A stretch of DNA of 63,919 bases, filler included, from Octopus bimaculoides (taxonomy: Eukaryota), in NCBI RefSeq assembly GCF_001194135.2. It is 5 parts of 5 records of this genome, joined end to end, with 100 filler letters (N's around TTAATTAATTAA, not from the genome) between each part and the next. Parts side by side here need not be neighbours in the genome. Positions count along the whole stretch, not along the records: positions 1 to 27,335 come from NC_068984.1; positions 27,436 to 50,025 come from NC_068999.1; 3 more parts are not named here. One strand, 5' to 3'. A model generated the notes under the pieces. That model saw only the letters and a list, made by a program, of their open reading frames with translations. It did no database searches and was not told where the DNA came from. How positions within the stretch are numbered: the first letter of the stretch is position 1; every line of letters begins with the position of its first letter. This document shows positions 24,863-39,478 of this stretch, piece after piece. Both the position numbers and the translations under genes were made by a program.

Positions 24863-26261
24863 NNNNNNNNNNNNNNNNNNNNNNNNNNNNNNNNNNNNNN
24901 NNNNNNNNNNNNNNNNNNNNNNNNNNNNNNNNNNNNNNNNNNNNNNNNNNNNNNNNNNNNNNNNNNNNNNNNNNNNNNNNNNNNNNNNNNNNNNNNNNNN
25001 NNNNNNNNNNNNNNNNNNNNNNNNNNNNNNNNNNNNNNNNNNNNNNNNNNNNTATATATATATATATATATATATGAATATATATAGGTAATGAAAAATC
25101 AAAGAGATGAATACTTTTCAAGAAGCAACACAGTAAGGCTCAATTTATTGAGGGATTGTACTAAAATATTAATTAGAAAGAGATAAATTTCAAGGTAGAT
25201 AATACTCATCATCAAAGCCAACATATATCTAAACACAGAGGTTATATATAAGCCCTTATAAATATGCGAACAAATAACATAAAAACATGTATACACATAT
25301 TATAATGTAATTCCGTGCCCAAGTCAAAGTCGGATGAAAAATTGCATAAATACATACAAACAAATCATCTAACTTTGATTTGGGCACGGAATTACACTAT
25401 TATATGTATATATATGTTTGTATATGTTATATGTTCGCATAGTTATAAGGGTTTATATATACCTTTAGTGTTCAAATGCATTATGGCTTTGATGAGGAGT
25501 ATTATCTTCCTTGGAATATGTCTCTTTCTAAGTAATAATTTAGTGTGTGTGTGTGTGTGTGTATACATATGTATATATAAAGATATAGAAATAGATGCAT
25601 AAATACAGAGAGAGCGAGAGGGGAAACACACACACAAACACAAGCAGCGAGTGGACAAGAGTAGGAGAGACAAACATAGAGAGGAAGTTATGGGGTGGAG
25701 TTATTTCATCAATATTTATATCCGATCTTGTAACTAAATAAGGAAGTAAGAGATGTAAATGAAATTAAGCCTTTACAACAGAACATCTGGGATTCAGTTC
25801 ATCAAAAGTTAATCTATAGAACTAGCCACAATTTCATATATTCTGCGTTTGAAAATTGTATTCGGTGCCAATATATTCATCAAAATTTCATTGCAAAAGT
25901 TTTTCATTATTGAAATGCAAACTTCGTCTGATTATATTTCTGTGAAATTTTTCTCAATTGCATTCCTTTTATATGTCTTTATCACTTGTTTCCTGTGTGG
26001 AAAAGGAACGATTTTGTGCTGTTGTTACTTAACGTAGCAAGCATAATTTCTATGTTATGAAATATCCCCATCAGTTTGAGAGTCAAGCATTTCAAATATA
26101 TTATTTTGATCTCATAGAACAATACGATTTCATGAAGTAGCAATAGAAATATCTGCCCAGTTTGCTTTTATATTTTACTGCATGATTCTTCATGTGAACT
26201 CCTGAGACAGAATTTCTCTATCCTGCTAATATCATTACATCATTAGTAATCAAGGCAATGT

Positions 26262-26460
26262 GCTGCCAGAATTGTTAGCACACAGGGTGAAATACATAGT
26301 GGTTTTTCGTCCGTCTTCACGTTCTGAATTCAATTTTAAGTCGAGGTTGACTTCACTTTTCTTCCATTCCGAATCGATAAAATAAGTACCAGCTGAGTAC
26401 TGCGGTCGATATAATCGACAAACGCCACTCCCTAAAATTTCAGGCCTTCGCCTATAGAAA
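26262..26460 (+). mobile_element. SINE family B copy
   Basis: GCCAGAATTGTTAGCAC...GAGGTTGACTTCAC...GATAAAATAAGTACCAGCTGAGTACTG...AAATTTCAGGCCTT. Confidence 0.8.
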
Positions 26461-27301
26461 AAAATAAAGTATTATGTCAGTAATTATCATATATTCTTAA
26501 TTTAGCGGTGTAAAACCAACCTTCAAAATTATTACTATTCCGATATCCAATACATTTCCAAGTGAAGTTGTGATGGTCGTGTAGGCAAACTAGTGGACAC
26601 GCGATTTAAAATTTCCAGAGTTTTCATGAAGCTATCATGTATCATTTTCAGAAGCCCCATCGTTGGTTTAAAATCAGCTGTATGGGGAACGTTGCACAAT
26701 ACATACGAACAACGCAGAAATGGAAGAAGGTTTATGAGTCTTGCATTGAAAACTGATTATTAGATATTTATATGATGAGCTGGGCAATTAATAGCAAGCA
26801 AAATGAAGAAATAAAGAGGGAGCGAGAAGTGGATGAGGAGGTTGTGAGATTTGAGTTTTAGTTGAGGTGGGAGAGAATACAAACACTGACATACACACAC
26901 ACACACACAAAGAAATATAATCAGAGGAGGACGGTTGGCGATTTTCTTTTTTCCATCTTCTCTGGACTTTTCCCTTTCTCCTTTCCGATGAAGAACCATA
27001 CTCGAATGGTTACAGCTCACTCCTTTCACCAGGCGTGAAACTAATATAAGTCTTGTACACGTCCTCACATTCGCCTTTATCTCTTTCTTTTTATTTGCTT
27101 TATGAATTGTTTGTTCGTTGAATTGACTGTATGTGTATAAACCTATATATATATATAACATAATATAATATAGGATAAATTCTTTATAAGAATGTATCAA
27201 GTAGTCAGCGTGAAAAAACCTCATAATGAAAAAATAACGAAAAATTTCGTAATGAAAAGATTCATCGTTTCTTCATAGATATATTTAAATATATATATAA
27301 A

Positions 27302-27335
<34 letters not shown>

Positions 27336-27435
27336 NNNNNNNNNNNNNNNNNNNNNNNNNNNNNNNNNNNNNNNNNNNNTTAATTAATTAANNNNNNNNN
27401 NNNNNNNNNNNNNNNNNNNNNNNNNNNNNNNNNNN
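27336..27435. other. Assembly join marker: 44 N + TTAATTAATTAA + 44 N
   Basis: Identical 100-bp structure occurs four times; the 12-mer is palindromic with stops in all six frames. Confidence 0.95.
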
Positions 27436-27455
27436 ACAGAAACGATTTCTATCAT

Positions 27456-27920
27456 AGTAGGTGCCTTAGGTATAATAAAAAAAATATTCAGACAAATACA
27501 TAACAAAAACACCAGGACTTACAAATATATATAACATACAGAAAATTGCACTACTGGGTACTGCACACATTCTACGCAAAACACTTTCAATGCTGTAAAC
27601 ATAAGAGCACCACAGCAAGCCACAGCACATACCCAAGGCGCACAGAGCTGCGCTCAGTAGTGAAGTGAAAGCACGTTTTAAAAATAAAACTACTGAACAA
27701 TAATAATAATAATAATTCAGACAAATACATAACAAAAACACCATTCAGAGAAATACATAATAAAAACACCAGGACTAATAAATATATACAACATACAGAA
27801 AATTTCACTACTGGGCACTGCACACATCCTACGCAAAACACTTTCAATACAGTAACCATAAGAGCATCACAGCAAACCACAGCACATACCCAAGGCACAC
27901 AGAGCTGCACTCTTTAGTGA
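27456..27920 (+). mobile_element. Two tandem 3' ends of R4/Dong-like family A
   Basis: Copy 1 (about 27456-27714) encodes ...QKIALLGTAHILRKTL and ends ACTACTGAAC(AAT)n. Copy 2 starts directly in that (AAT)n tail. Both closely match 8073-8545. Confidence 0.88.
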
Positions 27921-27944
27921 NNNNNNNNNNTGATGACGCTGATG

Positions 27945-27976
27945 ACAATAACAACAACAACAACAACAACAACAAC

Positions 27977-28037
<61 letters not shown>

Positions 28038-28078
28038 TTAATAATAATAATAATAATAAAAATAAAAATAATAATAAT
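27945..28078. repeat. (AAC)n/(AAT)n microsatellite
   Basis: Directly visible. Confidence 0.95.
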
Positions 28079-30080
28079 GAAAAATATTATGACATAGTAC
28101 AGAGGAGTGACTCTTATGACTTTTGATCTTGACTGCTTGAAAGTACCAGCAGCATATGTTTTGTTTTGATGTAAAATACAAAATATAATATAAGTCATTT
28201 TGCCTCAAATTTTAATACAAAATTGCAGAATGTTAGCCTCCTTTCGATTTTACTGAACACACCCGGAAAATGTTATATTTAGCTTTGCTACTGTATTGTC
28301 CTTTTTCTTTTTTATTCCATGCATAACAATATATAAATTTTATCGTCAACGTTCATGTCTTGTCTCTTGAATGCTTCATCCAGAAAAAAATATTGTGTTT
28401 GCATCATTTGTATAGGGCTTGAGGTGAATTCATCTCTTTCTACATGATAAATATTTGTTGATTAAATTCGCACATAGTGTTTTGTCAATTGCAAATTTTT
28501 CAACGTTTTTTAATCAATATTGTGGGCGAAATGTACCTGAGGTATTTATTTGAAGCATAAATATATTCTTTCTGTTCATGGGGCTCCTTGAGAAATCCTG
28601 CATAAATCGACTGATATTATACATAAGAACATTTATACACACAGCCACACAAATAAACAACTATATACGCATTATGTAAGCTTTGTGCGAAACGAAATTG
28701 TCAAATAATTTAGTGGTTTACAAAATATGTTGTGCCCGACAGATTATGTACACAATTCGTAGACATTTTCTATGTAAAATATTTATAGTATAAAGGCAAC
28801 AAGGTGGAATAATGCTCATGTTTATTCAGGTGAGTCTGTTTATTTCTATGCGTACATATGTTATATGAGTATGAGTACGTGGGTTTGTGTTTGTTTCCCT
28901 TGAAATGTGTGTGTGTTTGTGTGTGTATGTGTATCTATGTATGAAGGTATGTAGTTATGTACGTATGCATATATCTGCAATTTTGATGGTATCTGTGGCG
29001 GTTCTATAAGTATAATTGCAGATGTGGCCAAGTGCGTAAATGGTTGAATAGAATATGCATACATATTGAATATTCTTCTGACTATTTCTTGTATAGTATC
29101 CGGTTAGTTATTCTCAGGCCAATAAGCATCAAATTAAATAGCTGCATCTGTCAACACCTCTGAACATCAGTCACATCCCATAATGTTACCTCATTATAAA
29201 TACAAGTGATGAAGAATGAAATAGGATTGCCATGCAAATTCTATGTTATAAAAGAAATATTTAATCCGGTTTTGTATTTGACATAGGGTTAAGAATAAAA
29301 GAAATGTCTACGTTATTACAAAACAAAAAGAGTTATATTTCCGAGCAATTGATATTAGAATTGCAGAAATAGAAGCACAAAGTAAAAGCTTATATAGTGC
29401 AAAGTACATATAGTATGGGAAGCATAATTCGTGAGTATATATATATATATATATATNNNNNNNNNNNNNNNNNNNNNNNNNNNNNNNNNNNNNNNNNNNN
29501 NNNNNNNNNNNNNNNNNNNNNNNNNNNNNNNNNNNNNNNNNNNNNNNNNNNNNNNNNNNNNNNNNNNNNNNNNNNNNNNNNNNNNNNNNNNNNNNNNNNN
29601 NNNNNNNNNNNNNNNNNNNNNNNNNNNNNNNNNNNNNNNNNNNNNNNNNNNNNNNNNNNNNNNNNNNNNNNNNNNNNNNNNNNNNNNNNNNNNNNNNNNN
29701 NNNNNNNNNNNNNNNNNNNNNNNNNNNNNNNNNNNNNNNNNNNNNNNNNNNNNNNNNNNNNNNNNNNNNNNNNNNNNNNNNNNNNNNNNNNNNNNNNNNN
29801 NNNNNNNNNNNNNNNNNNNNNNNNNNNNNNNNNNNNNNNNNNNNNNNNNNNNNNNNNNNNNNNNNNNNNNNNNNNNNNNNNNNNNNNNNNNNNNNNNNNN
29901 NNNNNNNNNNNNNNNNNNNNNNNNNNNNNNNNNNNNNNNNNNNNNNNNNNNNNNNNNNNNNNNNNNNNNNNNNNNNNNNNNNNNNNNNNNNNNNNNNNNN
30001 NNNNNNNNNNNNNNNNNNNNNNNNNNNNNNNNNNNNNNNNNNNNNNNNNNNNNNNNNNNNNNNNNNNNNNNNNNNNNNNN

Positions 30081-30163
30081 CAGTGCCTTCTATTATAGCC
30101 TCGGGCCGACCAACTCCTTGTGACTTGATTTGCTATACAAAAACCGAAATAGACCGGTCCTAC

Positions 30164-30214
<51 letters not shown>

Positions 30215-30430
30215 TGTGTGTGAATGTGTGTGTGTATGTCCGTGCATTCGTGTGTGCATGCGTGTATATGTGTGTGTGTCTCAGTGTCTGCTTGGTTTCC
30301 ACCGCCGTTTGACAACTGGTGACAGTGTGTTTGCCTACGTAACTTGGCGCTTCCCCAAAAGGTACGGATAGCAGAAAGTATCAGGCTTAAAAGAAATAAC
30401 CACTGGAGTCGATTCATTCCACTACAAAAA
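30081..30430 (+). mobile_element. SINE family A copy with internal (TG)n
   Basis: TATAGCCTCGGGCCGACC...(TG)n...CCACCGCCGTTTGACAAC...GGAGTCGATTCATTCCACTA. Confidence 0.8.
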
Positions 30431-32610
30431 TTGACTTTCATTCGAAAATATCAAAACGGCTAAATTCGTTTTACCAAAGAGTTGGTTACATTAAAGCTTT
30501 CGAGATTTTCGTAGACATCTTGTGATAGAGAAAGAAGCACATACATATGAACGACTTCATTACAGTATGTTTAAATCGTTTCTCTTTAAATAATTGATGT
30601 ATACCCAAATGTTAGCTATTGAAGAAATAATACACAGCACCATATAACCATATGTATCAAAACAATAGAGAAGCTTGCGGAACAATAAAGTTTAACAATT
30701 ACTGCAGAAATTAAATTTTAACTTTAATGTACAAGTTTACATAAGTTGTTAGATCTCGTTGTTTGGATATAATCAGCATAGTAATTTCTCAGAAAAAAAA
30801 ACAACAGAAGGACAAATAATAATTGTAAACCTATGCAACCTGTCATTTTAATCTTTATGAAAGTGAAATATATATATATATTTCTTAGCTTCTTGAATAG
30901 AACAAGCTGACAGCGCCCATTGAAACGGAAAAGATCACGATTTCGAGACATTTGATGAGATATACATCACTCCATAAAGAGGTGAAATCTCTATCCTTAT
31001 CATACCACCGAACCACCAATACAGACAACAATAAACAGAAGTAAAAAACAATCAATAAAATCAGCAAGAAGTACAAAATAATCTCAGCTAAATCAAGTAC
31101 CAACTACAAGATGAAGTATACGAAATTAATTTCACCGCTGATCGAAATCCAGTCGAATGAAAGGGTTAATGAACTCGAGGGGAAACAGTACATCTTGCTT
31201 TTATTTAAGGAGGGTTAGTCATCAATTGGATTGTCTTTTTCAAATTCCAGCTTAGTTTCAAGAATTACCGTATTTGGAATCCATTTATATAACATTCTCG
31301 TTATTTGTCTCAATACCTTTTCTTTTCTTGAAAAAAACCCCCCTAATATATTGTGAGTATTGTTTTCCATCGACTAAAGTAGAACGCTTAACTAAATGAT
31401 TTAAGTTATTTAACTTTTTTCCAAATTTTATATGTTGCTTTGTTTTAGTATTAGTAGACCCAATCACAACAGCAGTCCATTGAAATCGAGAAAATTATGT
31501 CGCGTATATTTATGTGCTCAATTTTATAATGTTCTCACTTCATGTCGTTCTGACGTTGCCTATAAAGTGATCCGTTACTAATATGTCATTCGTATGAGAT
31601 TATGGTTTGATCTTATGATAGTTCGATACTCTGCTAGTTCTTTAGGGAAGGGTAAGCGGAATAACGCTGTCAGTAGGTCGGACACTCTTTCATAAAGGGG
31701 AATATATATGCCTTGTATATTTCCTGCAGAATATATGTCAACATTCTCAAATGCTTTATGATACCATATATCCCTTGCAACAATTTCGAATTGTAGAAGG
31801 TCTTAATCTTTGTTAATTAGGTTTTGATAATTTGCCAATTGATAAGAGATGTAATACAATTGCTGAAAGGGACACATCCGATTTAGCATCTACCTGGTAA
31901 CACTGTATTCATGAGGTACGATATGAACGCTCCAACTATCACACCTTAGACTCTCAAAATGGTAAAAATGTACGACATAATCCAGCACATCCCACGTAAA
32001 TAGACATGAATATTAAATTGAATGGTCATCATTGCGTTGTTTTTGGTTAAATGCATTGTGGACCTTGTGGTAAGCAAGAGCATCAACAAAAAATGGCGTA
32101 TGGAGAAAGATAGCAATGATACCAACAAAACAGAAACAACAATGGCTTCGATGAAAAGTACAAAAAGAATGCATACGGAGGGTTTACTCAGCTACGCTTT
32201 TATTTTACATTTGGTTAGTAAGTGGGAGTAGGAACACGAAATAAAGGACACTTAACCTCGATAGTGCTCGAATATATATGTCGGTAGATTTCTATGGATG
32301 TGCGTGCAAGCGATAGTGTGGCTGAAAAAGCTGCAAAATGTTTGTTACAATTATTCATATATTCATTAATATTTCTACTGCGTGGAGCAACACTACAGAG
32401 GAACATATATTACTTAACCTCTCAGTTAATGTCATAAGGAAAATAATGAATCGCTATTATTCAATTATTGCAAAACGGTTATAGAAAATATTAAACTATA
32501 TACCAAAAATAAAGATTACACATTTTAATTATATTTTATTGTATGACATTTAACGAACAGGGCTGTATAAAAATAATAAATCCAAAATAATGTTCTTACA
32601 AATATTAACA

Positions 32611-33660
32611 TATCAGGTTGAGTAAAATTGTTTTCCGTATTGGAAGTTTTAATTAGGCGTTCAAAGAATTTGCATACGACAAGCTTTTATTCTGCAAACT
32701 ATACCTCATGTTATTCTAGTATCTTTTTTTTCCAACGTTGTGCCAGAAAATCGCATCATTGATCCTCTACCTCAGAGGTAATTGAGCCACGACTACTTGG
32801 TGGGGAAATGGCTGGACTGTATATAGGGTTAGACGACACTTTTAGCTCCTTAGGTACCTCTAGTTTGCAGTTAGTCACATTGGTAGTGTGTGTTGTAGCG
32901 AATGGAATTGTTGCAGGAGTTCACGTCTTCAATTGACTAATACTGCGTATCGAGTTTTCAAAATGGAACTTGTTGTGCATACACATTAGTGCCCGCAGCA
33001 TGACAATCTGGGACAAGTATGAAATACAACGCTCCTCGAATTTCCATCAAACACACTGAATGGCTTACGATTCAAAGGATATTTATTTCACAACAAATTC
33101 CAAGGCCTTGCAACTGATTTCTCCTATAAGGAACACGAAAATGAATCTGTCGTTCATCGGCAGTTACTCCTCGACGCCATGTATACTATTCTCTAGGATT
33201 TGACCCTAGTTGTTCAAATGTTTTAGAGCCTGATCATTTGTCAGGAGAAGAGGAGTTTCTCGGAAGAGTCTGATTACAAGGCCGAGTTTATTGAGATGTC
33301 GGTTGATGGTGTCCTCTGGAAGAACAACTTTTGCCGACAGAATAAAAGCGCTTGTGTTTGTCTGAAATTCAACAATTTCCACAGCTGAACATCCTCTTTA
33401 CTTTCGTTTGTCTTCAAGGCTCGTGTCCCCTTCTTTGTGACCTATACACCAGTTCTGTGGGACAGGTCCGTAGACATACCTTGGGCTTCTCACAGCACTG
33501 ATGTCTTTTTTCGTCGCCCTCGCACACCTATTTATTCTACAATTTGTGTAAAATTGCTGTAATTGCACCATGGGTTATTTCGATTAAAAAGGGATGCGAT
33601 GCAAACAACAACCACTTCGATTAACCGTTTCGAATCCTGCTCCAGCCTCACGCATTTCAA
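32611..33660 (-). pseudogene. Ancient mariner relic
   Basis: Remnants in the expected order: WCIGHKEGDTSLEDKR (HTH), TINRHLNKLGLV, GVTADERQIHF (TGDEKW-like), NPIYSPAISPPS (PYSPDLAPSD-like), LAQRWKKIL. One TIR-like end TA-TCAGGTTG at 32611. Confidence 0.7.
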
Positions 33661-33849
33661 TAGCCACTAAGTAGTCACACACACTATATACTGACACACA
33701 CATTCTTCAATTTATTTTCGCTATTAAACGTCTTCGAGTTCCCCTTCGTATACTTCGTATCACAAGCTATACGATGAAAATCCAGAGTTACTTGTGGTCG
33801 GTGAATATTTGATAAATATGCGAAGGTAGTTTATCAATTCAGAAATCGA

Positions 33850-34340
33850 TATCCACGAAATAATCATTGTCTATGATTATTGATGCTATAAATCTTTCTG
33901 ACCACTGTCTTTGTAATCCCGAAATATATCGTAAACATTGTTCCAGCCGTATGGTCGTGAAGAAGCAACAAAGAGAGGAACAGACGGACATAACGCCCAT
34001 CTGCCCATCTACGATGGGAAATAATGGGATAGTATCCCAAATCGAATACCTCTAAAATCACGAACTATCCGTGGGAAGTTAATCCAAAGATAAAACTCGT
34101 CACTTCATTATCTGGATAAAACAATCAAATGTGATTTATTAATAAAAAAAAACTTAATATCCACGAAATAATAATACTTGTTCATGTTATTTTCGCTAAA
34201 TTCCTTCCTGATTACCTCCATCGTAATCCCGAAATACATCGTGACCATGTGTCCAGTCCGTTGACCGTGAGGACGGAACAGACGGATAGACTGATAAAGG
34301 GACAGACAGACGGACATAACGCCCACTATAGTGAGATACA
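33850..34340. repeat. Two diverged tandem copies of a 170-190-bp repeat containing ACAGACGGAC motifs
   Basis: TATCCACGAAATAAT...GTAATCCCGAAATA.ATCGT...ACAGACGGACATAACGCCCA occurs twice (about 33850-34010 and 34158-34335). The GTCCGTCTGT motif recalls DINE-1/Helentron-type elements, but this is uncertain. Confidence 0.6.
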
Positions 34341-34357
34341 ATTCTCTTTCTCCTTTC

Positions 34358-34390
<33 letters not shown>

Positions 34391-35753
34391 TTATCTTTGT
34401 AATGTGTTTCCTCTGGACTGTTGTTGTTGTTGTTGTTTATTTCTCTAAAGAAAAATATATTATACGCAATAACGTTTAAGAATGTAAGCGTATTGGGATT
34501 CCCCAAAGAAGACACTAACAGAATTCATAATCATGATTCGGAAACAATTTATTTTTCTGATTTGTTTTATATATTCATATACGGGGTGTAACAAATTCTG
34601 TTTCCAGCTGTATTTAAAAGTCCATCTATGAATGTCAATATACTTTTACTGATTTCATTTACGTAAAGTAACGTTAGATTTCATATTTCGAAAATCTGTT
34701 GTTATTTTTCATTTGTCTACTTATTGTATCGATCTAAAATTCGCTTTGACAGAGAGAAACATTATTCGACTGATATTACAGTGGTATATACAAACTGAGA
34801 AACACAGACACATACTCACGCATCCTCATACACATTTCTACATAAACAAATATAACCAAAAGTACACACGTATATGTATATATGTTTGTGTATGTGTGTG
34901 ATCGTGGGTTACGTTTTTACAGCTGAGAGTCGCCTTAAACTGCATAGATTCACTGCAAGTTTTATCTTGACGTTAGTCACCATGCTGCTGCATTTGAATC
35001 ACCAACACAACTATGACCCAATCTTTTGCAATCGGCGATTTCGCTTGCTGTACTTTTATTTAATAGTTCTTAGACGTACAATTCCATCGTAATAACGCAC
35101 ATTAAATCTTGTGTTTTACGAAATTCATGCACATTGACATGATATCTATAATGATAAAAATTGGACAGTGAACAACATATATTTTGATGCAGCTACGTCT
35201 GAATTACTCTTGTGCAATTACTGAAATCTCTGAAAACATACCTGCAAAGAAAATGTTAAAAGAAATTTAAGAGTCGACATCTGTGCTTAACTGTTACTTA
35301 TTTTATCGACCCTAAAAGGATGAAAGCAAAGACCACCTCGGGGGATTATGAATATTCAGTACTTTGATGTTGTATCTGACAATGTTTTTTTCACAAAATA
35401 GACATGTTGTGTGATACAAATTATATTAAATTTGACACAAGAGTGGCTGTATTAAGTCAAGAGATTTTTTTATCTAATTTAGGTTTCACTGATAAGGATA
35501 TGAAACATTAATGCTGGTCTTAAAAAAACTAGCTTGTCATCTCCAAAATGTTGGTTGCGTAGCATTACGAAAATACTGAACACAATGGTTAGTGTCTGAT
35601 ATTTATTAGTGTAGGGAACAATTTCAGATATATTCCTGTTTTATTTCAGTTACTCATGGAATAAGCATCCCTTCGTAGTGCAGAATTTTAAAAGACAATA
35701 GGTAGATTCAGGTTCTTATAATTGTGTGCAAGCGACTGAGTGGATTAGTTGTA

Positions 35754-35756
<3 letters not shown>

Positions 35757-35818
<62 letters not shown>
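35757..35818. repeat. (TG)n microsatellite
   Basis: Directly visible. Confidence 0.95.
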
Positions 35819-35823
<5 letters not shown>

Positions 35824-38084
35824 GAAGAATATTTTTTTTCTTTTAGCAGCTGAGTCTAAAGCAGCGAATTGTGATTAATTACATTGTAAGACCCTCTATA
35901 TTATGAATAAATTTACTGCTAATTTTCACCTCATATATTTGATTATCAATAGTAGGAGAAAAGACATAAGACAGAACATGAATATTTACAAGTCATTTTT
36001 TTGTTTACAGAATCATTGCTTGAATCGGTTTATGAAACGGCCGGGGTTTGCAATCGCATATGGCATGACAGAAGGAAAACCGAAGAAACTGAGATCTGTT
36101 GGAGATAGCATTTGACCTACATCACTCAGTAACAGAACCTAAACTATTGTAGTCTACTTACAATATACGCACTTTCTGGAAAAATCTTCCATTAATTTAT
36201 ACACTCTTATTGGAGACAGTTCGCAAAATCATCGTAACATTACTTCTGATTCCCCATCTAATGGAAAAGCTTAGCAAATTGTTATATAAATATCTCCTGC
36301 CTGTACAATTATTTGTTTTAATCATAGTCGATAGTAATATCGCTTCAAATTATTAGCCATCAATATATAGAGATGGATATAAACACCACTTTCTATAAAT
36401 TGTTTACGTGTCAAAATATTATTGCAGATTTTCCACGACTATATTGTGTACCATTGTCAAGGCAATAAATTTTGCTTTATATGCAATATTGTCTAAATAT
36501 ATACATATGTAAATATATAAAATATTGCTGATATATACATATATATNNNNNNNNNNNNNNNNNNNNNNNNNNNNNNNNNNNNNNNNNNNNNNNNNNNNNN
36601 NNNNNNNNNNNNNNNNNNNNNNNNNNNNNNNNNNNNNNNNNNNNNNNNNNNNNNNNNNNNNNNNNNNNNNNNNNNNNNNNNNNNNNNNNNNNNNNNNNNN
36701 NNNNNNNNNNNNNNNNNNNNNNNNNNNNNNNNNNNNNNNNNNNNNNNNNNNNNNNNNNNNNNNATATAATACGTTTTATATTGTTATGATCAAACACGAA
36801 AAATATTTCAAAATTTTTCATACTAAAGCAAATATATTGCAGAAAGATATTTGTAGATTTGCAATAAATCATAAATTGATTCATTTTAACATGTAAAATT
36901 TATATACAAATTCTATTTGTTTTGGGTTCTCAGTGTTTTGTATTGTTCTGTATAAATAAATACCATTATATTTTATGTCGATAAAAAACGTATTTATTTC
37001 AATTTTTCAATCCATAAATAATTATTTCATTGAGCAAAAGTTTATGGAAATTATTGAATTACCCATTAATATTTAAAATATGTGTTTAGTTTTAAAGCTG
37101 ACAAAGTGGCAGCGAGATGAATGAAATTTCGTAGGTTTTATAATATAAGGTGTACGTCCCACACGTACATTATAAAACACAATGAGTACAAATGCTAGTT
37201 ACATGTTATCCATGAAATTCATGTAAGTTTACTTATGAAAATCATTGCATTGAGCTTTGAAACTTCTTTTGCTATTTACACTCTCTGGAAATTGATAATT
37301 AGGGAGACACGAAAGTCTGCATGAGTAGATTATTTGTAAAGCCGCAGGAATATATTTTGTGAGAAAGTATTGCCATTATTATTAAAGGAGCGACATATCT
37401 AAATAGTGTGTATCGCCATAAGTGCTATGATGGGAAGGAATATGGAACCAGAGACATAAGTTGAAAGAAGAAATTTCAAAGTGTATGAAATATTGAAACA
37501 ATGTGGATCAACATTCTTTTAAAATTAAGCAATGATATTCGAAGGTCTTAATTGAAGCGGTTTGTTGATCGTTTGAGAACATTTTAACTTCTTACAAAAT
37601 TAAAGCTAGTATCGCCCTCTCTGGTTTATTGCTGTAAAAGCCAGTATAACTGGAAAAATATCACTTACTTAAAATAGGGAATATAATATGGGGCTCAGCC
37701 TGAAGTCGGCAAGAATTTCTTTTCTAATTAAAACTATATTCTCAGCCTGGTGTACTAAGAATGAGTTTCAAAAGTATCTAATCCAAAGTGATCGTCCCTC
37801 ACTAATAAATCTGATAAGTATATATAAGCAAAAACGCTAGTTCTAAATTCTCTCCATGAGGTCAGCGCAGTATTTGTGCTAACAAGTAATGTTCGTAGCC
37901 ACTTCAAGATGGCTGTGCACTCGAATAGACTTTACTGCGATTTTTAACGCCAAGAGGACATCTCTTCCAGCTGGTTAACGATACATAGTTGCATCCGAGA
38001 TATTGCGAGAAGGAGATCGAAGCCCTACCACTTTCTAGCGATGTATATATACATATATATATATATGTTTGTGTGTGTGTGTGT

Positions 38085-38300
38085 GTGAATGTATGTATTT
38101 TAGTGTCTGTATCAGTCCCCCCACATCGCTTAAGGATCGCTGTTGGTTTGTTTACGATCGCGTAACATTGTGGTTCGGCTAAAGTCACCAATGGAAAAGG
38201 GATACTGGGCTTATAAAAGCTATGTGCTGCATTAGATCTGTTTGACTAAATGTGGGGCACCATCATGGCCGCAGTAGAATGACTAAAAGAAGAGAAGAAA
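38085..38300 (+). mobile_element. SINE family A core and tail
   Basis: GTCCCCCCACATCGCTT...GGTTCGGCTAAAG...CATCATGGCCGCAGT..GACTAAAA. Confidence 0.7.
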
Positions 38301-38312
38301 TGAAAGAATATG

Positions 38313-38960
38313 AATGTTGCACAAAATAATGGAAACACCTTAAAATTTCAAACAAATTTATTTTAATATGGAGTAGCACCGACTTTGGCAGTAATTACAG
38401 CTTGAATTCTACGGTTTATGGAGTCGTACAAATTTTGAATTGTTTCCAAAGGAATTTTTGTTCATTTTTCATCTAAAAATTCATAGTCACAGCTAGGAAA
38501 TTCCGTAGGATAGAAACGGAGATGTGTGGTTCATTCCTGTACCTTTATTGACATTTTCAACTATGATGACATGATCTTCTAAGTCTTGGTTACTGGCATT
38601 TGGTACTCACTGTTCAATCTTCAGCCTTAATGTTCAAACAACAGAATAAATGTTTCCGCAGAGAATTCAAAGAATGTTTGTACTTAACGAACTTCGGCCA
38701 ATAATGGTTTATTTGAAGCTGACATACAAGAGACAGTTCTTTAACACAGGTGATAATTTTGTTCTAACGATCAGTAAAACGAAGACGCAAATGAATTCAA
38801 GCATTTTCTCCGTTCTTATGTGAATTTCAAAATCATTAATGGCAACGCGAGTGCTTGTGGGTACGCTCATCCACGTAAGATGTATATTCTCCCGGGCAGT
38901 TTTCATTGGTGACGATGCAAATAACAGATTCTCTGAAGACATCTTCGCATACCGCAAACT
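38313..38960 (-). mobile_element. Tc1-like transposon relic, internally deleted
   Basis: C-terminus PLETIQNLYDSINRRIQAVITAKVGATPY* then a terminal sequence (plus strand TGTTGCACAAAATAATGGAAACACC); upstream KPLL motif remnant. Confidence 0.75.
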
Positions 38961-39442
38961 CTAGAATAGTTTGTGGAACACGAGATTTTAAAACTCTAGA
39001 CAGAATGATCAACTTGTACCCGTCATGGTACCCAAAATACTGTGCTAAGTTAGGAAAGCAAACAACTGTGTACCAATGTCATTCAGGAAGCTTAGACAAT
39101 CCAATAAGACTTAATACAGAATAATAAGAGAGAAGATATAAATCACTATTGAGAGGTAGGGAAGAAGAGAGTAAGAGATGTATTTATAACGACTGTTACA
39201 ATGATTCATTTTCCATTTATTATCTTTTGATAAGTCCTAAACTAAGAAGGAGTAGGAGACGATTTGTGTGATATGTGGCTGCTATACATCACAATAAATA
39301 AAATGAAACGTTCCCTCTACAATAGCGAGCTATAAAATGTGTAGTTCTGCGGGTGTTCTACATTTTGAAAGCATATCGGGCATTGAAACAGGAAAGAAAT
39401 ATGGAGAAGTCTATCTTTCTAACTTTCTTTCTATTTCACACT

Positions 39443-39478
<36 letters not shown>

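Noticed and set aside
30885-31103. Hydrophobic 72-aa minus-strand ORF resembling a membrane protein
   Set aside because: It is the antisense of an A-rich stretch, which gives Leu/Phe/Ile-rich frames by composition; no family motif.
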